A stretch of 59,022 nucleotides of DNA from a virus (taxonomy: Duplodnaviria > Caudoviricetes). Below the pieces are notes generated by a model that worked only from the letters and a program-made list of their open reading frames with translations, made no database searches and was not told the origin of the DNA. Shown here one piece after another: positions 1-10,376 of the stretch. The DNA lies in the IMG/VR virus record IMGVR_UViG_3300000517_000182, positions 1 to 59,022 of that record; one strand, 5' to 3'. The first letter of the stretch is position 1. Each line of letters starts with the position of its first letter. Made by a program: the position numbers and the translations under genes.

Positions 1-1338
1 ATGATATTCGGTGCTGTCATGCCTGCATTTACAGGTTTGGCTAACTGGATGATACCTATGCAGGTGGGCGCTCCTGATATGGCACTGCCGAGAATGAACA
101 ACTGGAGTTTTTGGCTAATGCCGTTTGCGTTTGCGATACTGCTGTCTACTCTTTTCATGCCAGGCGGTGGTCCGGCAGGCGGCTGGACAATGTATCCTCC
201 TCTTATGCTGCAGACAGGCATGGCGTTTCCTTTCGTGATACTTGCAATACACATTCTTGGTATATCAAGCATAATGGGCTCTATCAATATTGTTGCCACC
301 ATTCTTAACATGAGAGCACCTGGCATGACACTGATGAAAATGCCTATCTTTACATGGACTTGGCTTGTCACAGCCTATCTCATGATTGCTGTCATGCCCG
401 TGCTTGCAGGTGCTATCACAATGCTGTTGACAGATCAATACTTTGGCACTTCTTTCTTCTCTGCGGCAGGCGGAGGTGACCCCGTGCTCTATCAACACAT
501 CTTTTGGTTTTTTGGACATCCTGAAGTGTATATAATGATACTGCCTGCGTTTGGTATTATATCCACCGTGATTCCTGCGTTTGCAAGAAAGCCTCTGTTT
601 GGATATAGTTCTATGGTGTATGCAACAGCATCTATTGCGTTTCTGTCTTTCATAGTATGGGCGCATCACATGTTTACTGTGGGAATGCCAGTCGCAGGTG
701 TTCTATTCTTCATGTATGCCACAATGCTTATCGCAGTGCCTACAGGCGTCAAAGTGTTTAACTGGGTGGCTACAATGTGGCGCGGTGCTATGACATTTGA
801 AACACCAATGCTGTTTGCACTTGCTTTTGTGTTCTTGTTTACAATAGGTGGATTTTCTGGATTGATGCTGGCAATCGCTCCTGCTGACTTTCAGTATCAT
901 GACACCTACTTTGTTGTAGCACACTTCCACTATGTTCTTGTAACAGGCGCAGTATTTGCTATTTTCGCAGGTGTATACTATTGGCTACCAAAATGGTGCG
1001 GCACGATGTATTCAGAACGACTAGGACAATGGCACTTTTGGTTGAGCACGATATTTGTAAATGTGCTGTTCTTCCCGCAACACTTCCTTGGGTTGGCAGG
1101 AATGCCACGAAGAATACCAGATTATGCCGTGCAGTTTGCAGACTGGAACATGGTAAGTTCCATAGGAGGTTTTGGATTTGGTTTAGCCCAACTGCTGTTC
1201 TTATACATCCTATGGCAGGCAGTTCGCAAGCCAAACGATGCTCCTAACAAGGCTTGGGAAGGCGCAGAAGGGTTGGAATGGACGGTGCCATCGCCTGCAC
1301 CCGCGCATACATTTTCAACGCCGCCCAAGGTTGAATAA
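1..1338 (+). CDS. ctaD: Cytochrome c oxidase subunit I (heme-copper oxidase, A1 type), 5'-truncated by the window edge
   Basis: [16 protein letters not shown] and VAHFHYV metal-ligand motifs; many TM helices. Confidence 0.96.
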   Translation: MIFGAVMPAFTGLANWMIPMQVGAPDMALPRMNNWSFWLMPFAFAILLSTLFMPGGGPAGGWTMYPPLMLQTGMAFPFVILAIHILGISSIMGSINIVATILNMRAPGMTLMKMPIFTWTWLVTAYLMIAVMPVLAGAITMLLTDQYFGTSFFSAAGGGDPVLYQHIFWFFGHPEVYIMILPAFGIISTVIPAFARKPLFGYSSMVYATASIAFLSFIVWAHHMFTVGMPVAGVLFFMYATMLIAVPTGVKVFNWVATMWRGAMTFETPMLFALAFVFLFTIGGFSGLMLAIAPADFQYHDTYFVVAHFHYVLVTGAVFAIFAGVYYWLPKWCGTMYSERLGQWHFWLSTIFVNVLFFPQHFLGLAGMPRRIPDYAVQFADWNMVSSIGGFGFGLAQLLFLYILWQAVRKPNDAPNKAWEGAEGLEWTVPSPAPAHTFSTPPKVE

Positions 1339-2096
1339 TGGCGCACTATAGATCAATCTTTGTATCAGACCTACACCTCGGCGCACGAGCAAGTGAAGCA
1401 GAACTATTCTGCGACTTCCTAAAAAACAATACCTGTGACAATCTATTTCTTGTAGGAGATATCATAGATGGCTGGCGTCTTAAACGCAAATGGTATTGGC
1501 CGCAAAGTCATACAAATGCTGTAAGAAGAATATTGACAGCAGCAAAGCGTGACACACGAGTGTATTATATTCCAGGCAACCACGACGAAGGCATAAGAAA
1601 GTTCTTGGCGTTTGATATTACCTTTGGAAGAATAAAGTTCTTTGACAGATACACTCATATTGGCGCTAATGGAAAACGCTATCTTGTTATACACGGTGAC
1701 CAGTTTGACGGTCTAATGATGCCTAATATGAAGTGGCTGATGCATGTAGGTGATGTAGCCTACAACATGCTGGTGTGGCTAAACACTCATCTAAACACCG
1801 TGCGCGGTTGGTTGGGCAGAGACTACTGGAGTTTATCACGCTTTCTTAAAAGTCGCACAAAAAGCGCTCTCAACTACATACATTCTTTCGAAGAACACCT
1901 CGCAGACTATTGTGTTGAACACGGCTATGACGGTGTAATCTGCGGGCACATACATACACCTACTGTAAAACAAATACGAGGTGTTACCTACTATAATGAC
2001 GGAGACTTCTGCGAAAGTTGCTCTGCTCTTGTAGAACACACAACAGGAGAGTTTGAACTCATCTACTGGCATGGCACGAATACTTCTAGTAACTGA
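1338..2096 (+). CDS. Metallophosphoesterase, LpxH/PlcP-like (UDP-2,3-diacylglucosamine hydrolase family)
   Basis: SDLHLG, VGDIID, PGNHD, HGD and CGHIH calcineurin-like motifs. Confidence 0.85.
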   Translation: MAHYRSIFVSDLHLGARASEAELFCDFLKNNTCDNLFLVGDIIDGWRLKRKWYWPQSHTNAVRRILTAAKRDTRVYYIPGNHDEGIRKFLAFDITFGRIKFFDRYTHIGANGKRYLVIHGDQFDGLMMPNMKWLMHVGDVAYNMLVWLNTHLNTVRGWLGRDYWSLSRFLKSRTKSALNYIHSFEEHLADYCVEHGYDGVICGHIHTPTVKQIRGVTYYNDGDFCESCSALVEHTTGEFELIYWHGTNTSSN

Positions 2097-3081
2097 TGCT
2101 TGGAAACCGCAGACAAACGGTGTAGTCACTACTCTTGAGAATCTCGTTGATCAAGCAGAACTACACGGCGACGAGATTATGGTATATCATCCTGGCCGCT
2201 GCAAGTGTCGTTTCCCTCTTCCAGGTTATAAAGAAATAGATGTTGCGTTTCCTCAAAGACAGGAAGTTGAAAATCTTGTATGTAATTCTCAATGGGATCA
2301 CATACATATCGCAACCCCAGAAGGATTTGTAGGAAGAAGATTTGCGAGAGAATGCAGAAAGAGAAAGGTAAAGTTTTCCGCAAGTTGCCACACAAAGTTT
2401 CCAGAGTTTGTTAATTATCGTTTTCCCTTCGTGCCTGTAAAGTTAGGCTGGCGATGGATGAAGAGAAGGTATAGAGATGCTACAAAAATACTGGTACCTT
2501 CTCTCTCAATGAAACGGGAATTGGAAGACTGGGGCTTTGAACAGGAGATCGTAGTATGGAGTAGAGGCACAGACAGAACACTATTCCATCCTCCTTCTCG
2601 TTCTCCTGATAACTCAAAAAAAATCCTGCTTTGTGTGAGCAGAGTAAGTCACGAAAAAGGTCTTGATGATTTCTGTGGATTGACCGTTCCTAACACTCGA
2701 AAAATAGTAGTAGGAGATGGTCCCTATCTTGATACTCTCAAAAACAGATATCCTCAAGTAGAGTTTGTGGGCAAGAAAACAGGTGAAGAACTTGCGAGAT
2801 ACTATCAAACAGCAGATGTGTTTGTGTTTCCTTCTCGAGCAGATACATTTGGTGTTGTAATGCTTGAAGCGATTGCGTGTGGAACACCTGTTGCTGCCTA
2901 TCCTGTGACAGGGCCTAAAGATATCATTGTGGAGGGCAAGAACGGCAGCACCTACCCGCATCTTGCTCCTGCTATAGAACGAGCACTGGAGGTAAGTAGA
3001 TACGCCACCTACCTAACCAGTCTTGATTGGACTTGGGAAGAGTGCTACGATCAGTTTAAACAAAATCTACTTGACAGATAG
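2071..3081 (+). CDS. GT4 family glycosyltransferase (Agt-like)
   Basis: TDAWxPQxNGVV N-terminus; FPSRADTFGVVMLEAIACG signature; start moved to ATG 2071. Confidence 0.88.
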   Translation: MARILLVTDAWKPQTNGVVTTLENLVDQAELHGDEIMVYHPGRCKCRFPLPGYKEIDVAFPQRQEVENLVCNSQWDHIHIATPEGFVGRRFARECRKRKVKFSASCHTKFPEFVNYRFPFVPVKLGWRWMKRRYRDATKILVPSLSMKRELEDWGFEQEIVVWSRGTDRTLFHPPSRSPDNSKKILLCVSRVSHEKGLDDFCGLTVPNTRKIVVGDGPYLDTLKNRYPQVEFVGKKTGEELARYYQTADVFVFPSRADTFGVVMLEAIACGTPVAAYPVTGPKDIIVEGKNGSTYPHLAPAIERALEVSRYATYLTSLDWTWEECYDQFKQNLLDR

Positions 3082-3855
3082 GCCTTGAAGATTTTCCTGT
3101 CCGCGCTCGTAACTTTCGCAGTGGTAAATGTAAAGACCTATTGCGTGGTCAGAAAAGGAATCTATCTTGCCCTTCTTAATACCAAACCATAGTCCGCGCA
3201 TTCTGTCTTTAAATTTCTGCCAGCCTGTTGGCTTTCTTACATTGCCGTAAGCATTTATGTAATGTTCTACACCAGTATGACGATATCCCATTACGGTGAA
3301 AGGCACACGAGCAACTATGTCGTTGTTATTAACCCAGCGATGATGAACACAGGAGAAGGATTTTACATACTTGGGCCATCCTACTCTGGGAGAACCATAG
3401 GTATATAGTTCTTCTGGATCTCTCAACTGTTCGCAGTGTTCGCATCTGAAAGCCATAAGAGTTGCCATTGCTCCTCCCAGTGAATGACCTGTGAACCATA
3501 GTTTTTTGTCTGACTTTAAAACGTCTCTTTCTACCTGCATCCACAGATAATCAACGTAGCCTTTGAATCCTGCGTGAACTCTGCTGACAGTTTCTGAAGG
3601 CGCAGGCCAAGCATTTAGATCTGCACGGATGTCTTTGAACGCTGTTGGTTCTGTGCCTCTACAGGCAACGACAATATCTGTGTCTGATTCTAAGAGATAG
3701 GCCTGTGATTCGCCTAGATTGTAGAATCTTCTCACAGAAAAACCAAGTTGCTTTGCTTGTTTTCTTGTGGCTTTGTCTGTATAATATGCTAGTTGAGATA
3801 TTTTTGCAAAAAGCACAGAACGCTGTTTGAAATTGAGTTGGGAAATCGCCGTCAT
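3067..3855 (-). CDS. Class 3 lipase (alpha/beta hydrolase)
   Basis: RGT, VHAGF, TGHSLGG, YGSPRVG and DIV motifs; start set at ATG 3855 with GAGGG SD and an upstream TAAATA on the minus strand. Confidence 0.85.
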   Translation of the reverse strand: MTAISQLNFKQRSVLFAKISQLAYYTDKATRKQAKQLGFSVRRFYNLGESQAYLLESDTDIVVACRGTEPTAFKDIRADLNAWPAPSETVSRVHAGFKGYVDYLWMQVERDVLKSDKKLWFTGHSLGGAMATLMAFRCEHCEQLRDPEELYTYGSPRVGWPKYVKSFSCVHHRWVNNNDIVARVPFTVMGYRHTGVEHYINAYGNVRKPTGWQKFKDRMRGLWFGIKKGKIDSFSDHAIGLYIYHCESYERGQENLQGLSVK

Positions 3856-3922
3856 TTTAAAGCCCTCGTTTGATAATATATTTAACTGTTCTCTACAATA
3901 AATACTACATTGGAGTTGCCGT

Positions 3923-4174
3923 ATGAAAAAACGCACGAGAAGTATCCTACAAGAGCTAAACTCACTGGGCCAGCGCCAGGATACAGACCTACAGATAGAA
4001 GCAACCGCATCAAACATTATAGAAAGTGCTGCGAATCTACTGGAAAGAATTGGCACTGTTTACGATGAAGAAACCGCAGACGAACTAGAGCGCCGTTTTC
4101 TTAATTCAATCAAGAGCGGTGATCCTAAAAAGTTCAAGCGTGGTATTCAAAAAGTAATAGAGAACAAGGCATGA
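3923..4174 (+). CDS. Phage hypothetical protein
   Basis: ORF after TAAATA (3899) with GGAG SD; overlaps the next start. Confidence 0.7.
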   Translation: MKKRTRSILQELNSLGQRQDTDLQIEATASNIIESAANLLERIGTVYDEETADELERRFLNSIKSGDPKKFKRGIQKVIENKA

Positions 4175-5016
4175 AACTGAAAGAAGGCGGCGCAATGCCA
4201 GGCGTAGGTGCTATACACATAGATGAAATAGAACCCACGCTGGACGCACTAGAAAGCAAACTTGGCATAGACCTTAAGAACAATACACTTGGCTCTGTAG
4301 GCAAGCGAGAGTTTTCTGGCGACATCGATGTAGCCCTCCAAATTGATCCAGAAGACATTCCAGACTTTGTAGAGAAATTGAAATCCATACCTGGCATTGA
4401 CGAAGTAGCAAAAAGTTCTGTGATAATGACCAAAGTGCCGATACAGAACTATGATGCGAATAAACAGCCGGAAGGCAGAGAACGCACAGGATTTGTGCAA
4501 GTAGATTTTATGCCAGGAGACCCGGGATGGTTGAAAACCTACTATCACTCTCCAAAAGAATCCGAATCCAAATACAAGGGTGTGTTGCGAAACATTCTTG
4601 TTTCTTCTATTGCGCTACACTATGAGAGAGAAGATTCTGAAGAAACCATAGAAGACGGCAGACCCCTTGAAACAGAACGCTGGCTGTTTTCTCCCACAGA
4701 AGGCCTAGTAAGAGTAAAGCGCACACCTGTCCCAAAAAAGTCAGGCGAAGGTTATACGAAAAAGAACAAAAACGAAATCATAGGCGAACCAAAAAAGACA
4801 GCAGACGAAATAGCAGACGCATTGGGATTAGACTCTGCTAGAGATCTAAACTCCTATGAAAGTCTCAAAGCCGCAATAGAAAAAAACTATCCTCAAGATT
4901 TAGTAGCGAAAATTCTAGATGATTTTAAAAACAACTCACAGGTTCAGGATGTAGGTGTGCCAGATGATTTGAAGAACGAACAGATAGAAAGAATTAGGGA
5001 GTTGGCAGGCTTATGA
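4171..5016 (+). CDS. Pol-beta-like nucleotidyltransferase fold protein
   Basis: GSVGK..SGDIDV motif and third Asp in VQVDFM. Confidence 0.65.
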   Translation: MKLKEGGAMPGVGAIHIDEIEPTLDALESKLGIDLKNNTLGSVGKREFSGDIDVALQIDPEDIPDFVEKLKSIPGIDEVAKSSVIMTKVPIQNYDANKQPEGRERTGFVQVDFMPGDPGWLKTYYHSPKESESKYKGVLRNILVSSIALHYEREDSEETIEDGRPLETERWLFSPTEGLVRVKRTPVPKKSGEGYTKKNKNEIIGEPKKTADEIADALGLDSARDLNSYESLKAAIEKNYPQDLVAKILDDFKNNSQVQDVGVPDDLKNEQIERIRELAGL

Positions 5017-6164
5017 GATTGAGAGAGATATTTCAGCCCCAAGACTTTGAGTTTGTTCTCACAGAAGCAGAAGCGCGAATACAACACGCTGAAGATATTG
5101 TGTTCTGGGAAGGCTCAAAAGGCGCTGTGCGTGCTCTAAATGCACTTCGCAGTTTAGAAGGCAAAGGACACGAAAAAGTCACAATCAAGTGGGACGGTTC
5201 GCCTGCAATAATATTTGGTAGAAACGAAGACGGTGAGTTTATTCTTACAGACAAGTCAGGATGGGGCGCCAAAGGCTATGACGGCAAGGTAAAGTCAGGA
5301 GAAGCACTGGAAGACATGCTGCTGTCACGAAGCGGAGGTAAGAACAGAGACAACCCCGATTATCAAGCCTTCGCTGCTAAAATGAAAAGTATATTTGACG
5401 AATACGAGCGTGCTGTGCCCGAAGACTTCAGAGGATTTTTCAAAGGCGATTTGTTATACTTCTCAACTCCGCCTGTAAAAAACAACAACTATGTATTCAA
5501 ACCAAATGTAGTAGAGTATGCTGTAGATGTAGATTCTGACCTCGGCAAGAGAATAGGCCAATCTAAAACAGGGGTTGTAATACATAGACAAATGGATCTA
5601 GAAGGCAACGAATCTGAAGTGCAAGATGCTGACGTATTCCAAGGTTCAGAAGTTCTAGTTGTTCCGCCTGTGTCAGTAGAAAAGCCTGCGGAAATAGATA
5701 ACGAGCAAACAGACCAACTCGCACAAGTAATTAAACAGAACGCAGCAGGCCTAGATGAACTGTTGAACAAAGACACGCTCACAGAAAACAAGATGAAAGA
5801 CTTTCCTAATATGCTGTATGCATACACAAACTCCAAGGTAGACACAGGTCTAGAAAACCTAGGAGAAGATTTTGTTGCGTGGCTAGAAAGACAGCCTAGA
5901 ATATCTGAACGCAAAAAAGAAAATGTCAAAAACTACATACAGGAACACGAAAAAGCATTTGCTGCACTATGGCGTGTTGTTAGTTCTATTATGACTGTAA
6001 AGAATCGAATAATAGATCAGTTCGATACACAAAGCACTTCCGTCAAACAGAGCATGGCAGGCGAAAAAGGTGGTGAAGGTTATGTGTTGGCACACCCAGA
6101 AGGCGATATTAAACTCGTGCCGAGACAGACATTTTCGAGAATAAATCGAGCAGTGGAGAGATAG
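5013..6164 (+). CDS. ATP-dependent ligase-like (RNA ligase fold, DUF6267-like) protein
   Basis: TIKWDG (motif I KxDG), EGYV (motif IV), IKLV (motif V). Confidence 0.6.
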   Translation: MRLREIFQPQDFEFVLTEAEARIQHAEDIVFWEGSKGAVRALNALRSLEGKGHEKVTIKWDGSPAIIFGRNEDGEFILTDKSGWGAKGYDGKVKSGEALEDMLLSRSGGKNRDNPDYQAFAAKMKSIFDEYERAVPEDFRGFFKGDLLYFSTPPVKNNNYVFKPNVVEYAVDVDSDLGKRIGQSKTGVVIHRQMDLEGNESEVQDADVFQGSEVLVVPPVSVEKPAEIDNEQTDQLAQVIKQNAAGLDELLNKDTLTENKMKDFPNMLYAYTNSKVDTGLENLGEDFVAWLERQPRISERKKENVKNYIQEHEKAFAALWRVVSSIMTVKNRIIDQFDTQSTSVKQSMAGEKGGEGYVLAHPEGDIKLVPRQTFSRINRAVER

Positions 6165-7154
6165 GTGAGACTAAGAGAAATTACAGAAGCAAAACAAGAC
6201 ACTGCGGTAATGGCATTCGGCAGGATGAATCCGCCTACAATAGGTCATCAGAAACTGGTAGACAAGATAAAAAGTCTGCCAGGCGATCCCTATCTATTTC
6301 TTTCTCAAAGCCAAAAGCCAAAGACAGATCCACTAGACTTTCAGACCAAACTGAAGTTTGCGAAGTTTTTCTTTCCTGGTATCACAATAGGATCTCCCCA
6401 AGTAAAAACAATCATACAAGCACTTGACAAGATACACGACCTTGGTTATAAGAATCTTGTCTATGTAGCAGGGTCTGATCGGGTAGACGATTTTGAAGCA
6501 CTTATAAACAAATACAACGGCGGCGAAGGCTATGACTTTGATTCTATTCAAGTAGTTTCCGCCGGCGAAAGAGATCCTGATGCGAAAGGTGCAGAAGGCA
6601 TGAGCGCATCAAAAATGCGAGAACTTGCAAGATCAGAAGACTTTGAACAGTTCGCACAGGGCGTGCCTGATCAAAATCTAGCAGACGAATTATACACAGC
6701 CGTAAGAAAAGGCATGGGACTAACACAAGGAGATTTAGAAATGTCTGACAGCAGAGAATTTAGAGACTATATGGAACACATCGAGAGCATTGTGAAAGAA
6801 CATCTCAGAGAATTCGAAGACTATGAAATGGGTGATCCAGACGAGGACGACGAAGAACCAGAAGGTCAAGGTTTCAAGGGCACCCCTATGTATGATCAGT
6901 TAGGTAAATTGCTTGACTCTCAAGACTCACCTAAACCAATCAATACCGTTACCACAGATGATGGTGAAGAACACGAAGTATCAGCAGATCAAGCCAAGGC
7001 ACTTAGACTGCTTGCTACTACAGAAAAAGTAAAACCAGAAGTCAAGAAAGCATTTCTAAGAGATATTCAAGGTTCAGACGGTCTTGTAGATTTTCTTGAT
7101 CAAACTTCTTATCACGAAATGGCTCATCTATTTGTAAAAAGGTATCTACATTAA
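6165..7154 (+). CDS. HIGH-motif cytidylyl/nucleotidyltransferase-like protein with acidic C-terminal extension
   Basis: FGRMNPPTIGH, VAGSDR and GMSASKMR motifs. Confidence 0.75.
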   Translation: MRLREITEAKQDTAVMAFGRMNPPTIGHQKLVDKIKSLPGDPYLFLSQSQKPKTDPLDFQTKLKFAKFFFPGITIGSPQVKTIIQALDKIHDLGYKNLVYVAGSDRVDDFEALINKYNGGEGYDFDSIQVVSAGERDPDAKGAEGMSASKMRELARSEDFEQFAQGVPDQNLADELYTAVRKGMGLTQGDLEMSDSREFRDYMEHIESIVKEHLREFEDYEMGDPDEDDEEPEGQGFKGTPMYDQLGKLLDSQDSPKPINTVTTDDGEEHEVSADQAKALRLLATTEKVKPEVKKAFLRDIQGSDGLVDFLDQTSYHEMAHLFVKRYLH

Positions 7155-7423
7155 TGGATCTGAGAAAACTTATTGACCTTGTAGAAGACGACAAAGAGGA
7201 CGAAGAAGGAAAACTAAAGGGCTTTGATAGCACAACAATGAAGGCGCTTGCTGCTATCAGAGGCCAATATCCTAATGCTCCGGATGACCTGTCTGCGTTG
7301 CTGCGTCATCTAACACACGTCGATAATGATAGTGATACCGCAGACGAGGATCACTCTGCAAGGATAGAAGATCTTGAAAAAAGAGTAGCAGAATTGGAAA
7401 GCATGATCAGAGACAGAAACTAA
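7154..7423 (+). CDS. Phage hypothetical protein
   Basis: Stop/start coupled ORF. Confidence 0.65.
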   Translation: MDLRKLIDLVEDDKEDEEGKLKGFDSTTMKALAAIRGQYPNAPDDLSALLRHLTHVDNDSDTADEDHSARIEDLEKRVAELESMIRDRN

Positions 7424-8304
7424 TGGACTTTATTAGAGAAATTACAGAAGCAAGAATGACTAGAACTCAGTCACAGACTGAGAAGTTGAGTTATCTTGAC
7501 TGCTGCGAAAGAGCCTATCTCATTTTGCTCTCTCTAGAATTGATGAGGCAGTTTCCTGACTTTGAAAGAAAGACAATAGCCTACGCACGCAATACTGCAA
7601 GATACACAGGCTATGACTATTTTAGAATGAACGCAACAGATCTATATAACTTCCTCTATTTTGCTACAGGCAACGACAAAGCACTCGAACGTTTACGCGA
7701 CCCGGAAGATGCCAAACAGGCAAGGCAGAGAACTCACGTGCCTATTATGGCAATTAATAGATATCTTTCCAAATTAGGCGCAGGCCAAACTCCTAGCAAC
7801 GTATCTGCGTTTTTTATGGAAGCAGAAAAAAGCATGCGAGTGAATAATTCTTCCTATAAAAGCATAAGAAGAGTCGTTACAAACTTTCGCAAAGCGTCAA
7901 ACAAAGATATAAGAACTGCTACTACAAGACTGCTGTATGCTGCAAGAGCAAAACTAAGATCCAGCGACATAATAAATGATCTAGAAAATCTAGCAGACGA
8001 AAGAAATCTACAATCTGCGTCTGTTAAAGATCGAGAACCTTCTGTATCTAAACCAGACGAAATTGTCACAAACAAAGACCTTGTATTTTTACAAAAAATT
8101 GTAGGCAAAGACAAGTTGTTCCTTGCAATAAAGTATATAGAACTAGCACAGGAAGGAAAAACCATACCTTCAAATGTCGCTAGAGCGATGACTCCTGCGA
8201 TAGATCTTGTAGTTGATCTAGTAAAAGGCGGTCCCGAGTATGTAGAGCGTCTATTACAACTTCAAAAACGTGCAAAATCTCAAAGAAAACGCCGTAAAAG
8301 ATAA
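7423..8304 (+). CDS. Phage hypothetical protein
   Basis: 293-aa coupled ORF with a late-type N-terminal motif. Confidence 0.7.
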   Translation: MDFIREITEARMTRTQSQTEKLSYLDCCERAYLILLSLELMRQFPDFERKTIAYARNTARYTGYDYFRMNATDLYNFLYFATGNDKALERLRDPEDAKQARQRTHVPIMAINRYLSKLGAGQTPSNVSAFFMEAEKSMRVNNSSYKSIRRVVTNFRKASNKDIRTATTRLLYAARAKLRSSDIINDLENLADERNLQSASVKDREPSVSKPDEIVTNKDLVFLQKIVGKDKLFLAIKYIELAQEGKTIPSNVARAMTPAIDLVVDLVKGGPEYVERLLQLQKRAKSQRKRRKR

Positions 8305-8355
8305 ATAATTGCAAGTCATCCATAAAGGATAGACAAGATATCAAGGAGAAATAAA

Positions 8356-8748
8356 ATGCCTGAAGTAACAAAGGTAAACCCAATTCTAAGAAACGAAGCA
8401 CGTTCTTTCAACGGAAAGTCCGTATCACACTTCACACTAACAATCACACCAGACATCACTGATTCACTAGGACCAGACGGTGCTCTACAAGAAATCCTAC
8501 AGACTGTAACTGAAAATGCAACACTAGTTCTCGTAGGAGAAGCAACTTCTAGCGCACTAGATGTATTTGTTGAAGGCGAGTTCCCAAGCAGCGACTATGG
8601 TACTGGTAACGATCTAACCTTCGCAGAACACCTAGAAGACCAAATACAGGCTCTAGGCGAAGTTGATGGTAAAGATCTAAGTGGTACAACCGTTGCTCTA
8701 ACTGCAACTTTCTTCGCAGACGACGTAGTTGCTGACTACGCCGAGTAA
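8356..8748 (+). CDS. Probable virion structural protein
   Basis: TAAATA at 8302, AAGGAG SD, downstream terminator. Confidence 0.55.
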   Translation: MPEVTKVNPILRNEARSFNGKSVSHFTLTITPDITDSLGPDGALQEILQTVTENATLVLVGEATSSALDVFVEGEFPSSDYGTGNDLTFAEHLEDQIQALGEVDGKDLSGTTVALTATFFADDVVADYAE

Positions 8749-8771
8749 GATTCCTAACTACCTTAGGATCG

Positions 8772-8800
8772 AGGGCTCATATTATATGGGCCCTTTTTTT
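8772..8800 (+). terminator. Intrinsic terminator
   Basis: AGGGCTCATA/TATGGGCCCT stem followed by a T run. Confidence 0.8.
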
Positions 8801-8819
8801 ATGACTCGTAAATACGACA

Positions 8820-9209
8820 ATGATTTATGTTTTACGAACTTTGGTTGATATAACCGAAACAGGCGAACATCACGGACCTAGCAAACTAGAAGTCAATCAG
8901 CAGGCAAATTATAATACTGTGATACAATGTCTCGGTCTAAGGGCAAATCCTGCTCCTTTAAAAACTGTATCGCATGTAGATAGCATAAAAGACCTAGAGT
9001 TCGGAACAGCATTCAAAGGCAAGCAGAGATACTGGGAGTGTGAATTTGAAATAGAATACGGTGATCCTGGCATGGAAGCATTTCTAGAAGATTTTGATCT
9101 AGTGCCTGTGATTACCGATCTAGACGAAACTGCAGAGATCTACCCGCCTATTTTTTCCACAAAAGATCCAAAAACCAAAAACACAGTTATCTTACCATAT
9201 AAAGATTAG
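8820..9209 (+). CDS. Phage hypothetical protein
   Basis: ATG 5 nt after TAAATA (8809). Confidence 0.7.
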   Translation: MIYVLRTLVDITETGEHHGPSKLEVNQQANYNTVIQCLGLRANPAPLKTVSHVDSIKDLEFGTAFKGKQRYWECEFEIEYGDPGMEAFLEDFDLVPVITDLDETAEIYPPIFSTKDPKTKNTVILPYKD

Positions 9210-9282
9210 AACGATTCTTGATAAGTAACTGCGTAGAGGCAAACAAGGCACATTCGCAAGGCGGCAAGACAGAACGGAGTGA

Positions 9283-9531
9283 ATGATGTCTGATCCTATG
9301 GGTAATACCACAAAACTTGAAAAAGAAAGCCTCGAAGCCCACGTAGACCTCTGCGCTCTGCGTTATCAAAATCTTGACGACAGGCTTACTAAGATAGAAA
9401 GCAAAGTTGAAGTCATTCACGAAGACATCACAAACGGTAACAAGTCTATGATCAAAGTAATTGTAGGCGCTGTTGGCACTGTTGTAGCTGGCTTACTCTC
9501 CACAATTGTTGTTCTACTTGTAAATTTCTAG
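9283..9531 (+). CDS. Small coiled-coil protein with C-terminal TM helix (holin-like candidate)
   Basis: Heptad pattern followed by a hydrophobic C-terminus. Confidence 0.55.
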   Translation: MMSDPMGNTTKLEKESLEAHVDLCALRYQNLDDRLTKIESKVEVIHEDITNGNKSMIKVIVGAVGTVVAGLLSTIVVLLVNF

Positions 9532-9544
9532 CATAAATAGTTTT

Positions 9545-9832
9545 ATGCGTATCAGCGAAATCACAGAAGGTTTGACTGAAAAACAGATCTGGGCACGTTC
9601 TGGTCACAAAGTCGTGCGAAAGTTTAGATGCACCTCCGGCCCTAGAAAAGGAAGAATTGTTCCTTCTATGAGCAAGTGTTACGGAGCACCAGATACTAAA
9701 GCACGAGCTCAACTAAAAAGAACAAAAGCAAGACTGGGCAAAAAAATGTCCAGGAAAGCTCGCAGAACAAAAAGAGTAAATCCAGCATCACGCAGAGTGC
9801 AAGCCCTAAACAAGGCAACTAGAAGACGATGA
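9545..9832 (+). CDS. Small basic late protein, paralog 1
   Basis: K/R-rich; VRKFRCxSGPRKGR shared with the next ORF. Confidence 0.75.
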   Translation: MRISEITEGLTEKQIWARSGHKVVRKFRCTSGPRKGRIVPSMSKCYGAPDTKARAQLKRTKARLGKKMSRKARRTKRVNPASRRVQALNKATRRR

Positions 9833-10095
9833 AAGTAGAAGAAATTCTAGAAGTTGCAACGAACGCTTGGAAAAGAACGGGTAATAAAACCGTTCGCAAA
9901 TTTCGCTGTAAAAGCGGGCCAAGAAAAGGCAGAGTTATGGCTTCACCTGCTTCCTGCCATGCTCCTCTCAAAACCAAAAGCAGTGCTAGACTGAAAAGAA
10001 CAAAATCCAGAATGGCAGGACAGCGAGCTTATAAAAGCAATCTTACTCGCCGCCGCAATCCATATTCAAGAAGATTAAAGAATCTCAATAGGTAA
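9829..10095 (+). CDS. Small basic late protein, paralog 2
   Basis: Tandem paralog of 9545..9832. Confidence 0.75.
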   Translation: MKVEEILEVATNAWKRTGNKTVRKFRCKSGPRKGRVMASPASCHAPLKTKSSARLKRTKSRMAGQRAYKSNLTRRRNPYSRRLKNLNR

Positions 10096-10100
10096 CACAG

Positions 10101-10376
10101 ATGAAAATATCAGAAATTTTAAATGAACAGGTGTCAGGAAAGGTCACAAGAGTTAGACCTAATGAGATAGTAGTGAGAGATCCAGAAAGCGGTATAGAAA
10201 CAAAAATCCCCAAGAAAGTCAATGAACCAGGAACTGTGACGAGAGACAAGGACGGAAAGTTAGTGCTTGATCCTGAAACGCCAGGCGGAGTCGCCGACGA
10301 CATAGAACCAGGTGAAGAAATTGATGTCGAACCAGAATCTGCTCAAGGAACAGTAGGCACTCAAGGAACAGTGTAA
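10101..10376 (+). CDS. Phage hypothetical protein
   Basis: MKISEILNE N-terminal motif. Confidence 0.65.
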   Translation: MKISEILNEQVSGKVTRVRPNEIVVRDPESGIETKIPKKVNEPGTVTRDKDGKLVLDPETPGGVADDIEPGEEIDVEPESAQGTVGTQGTV

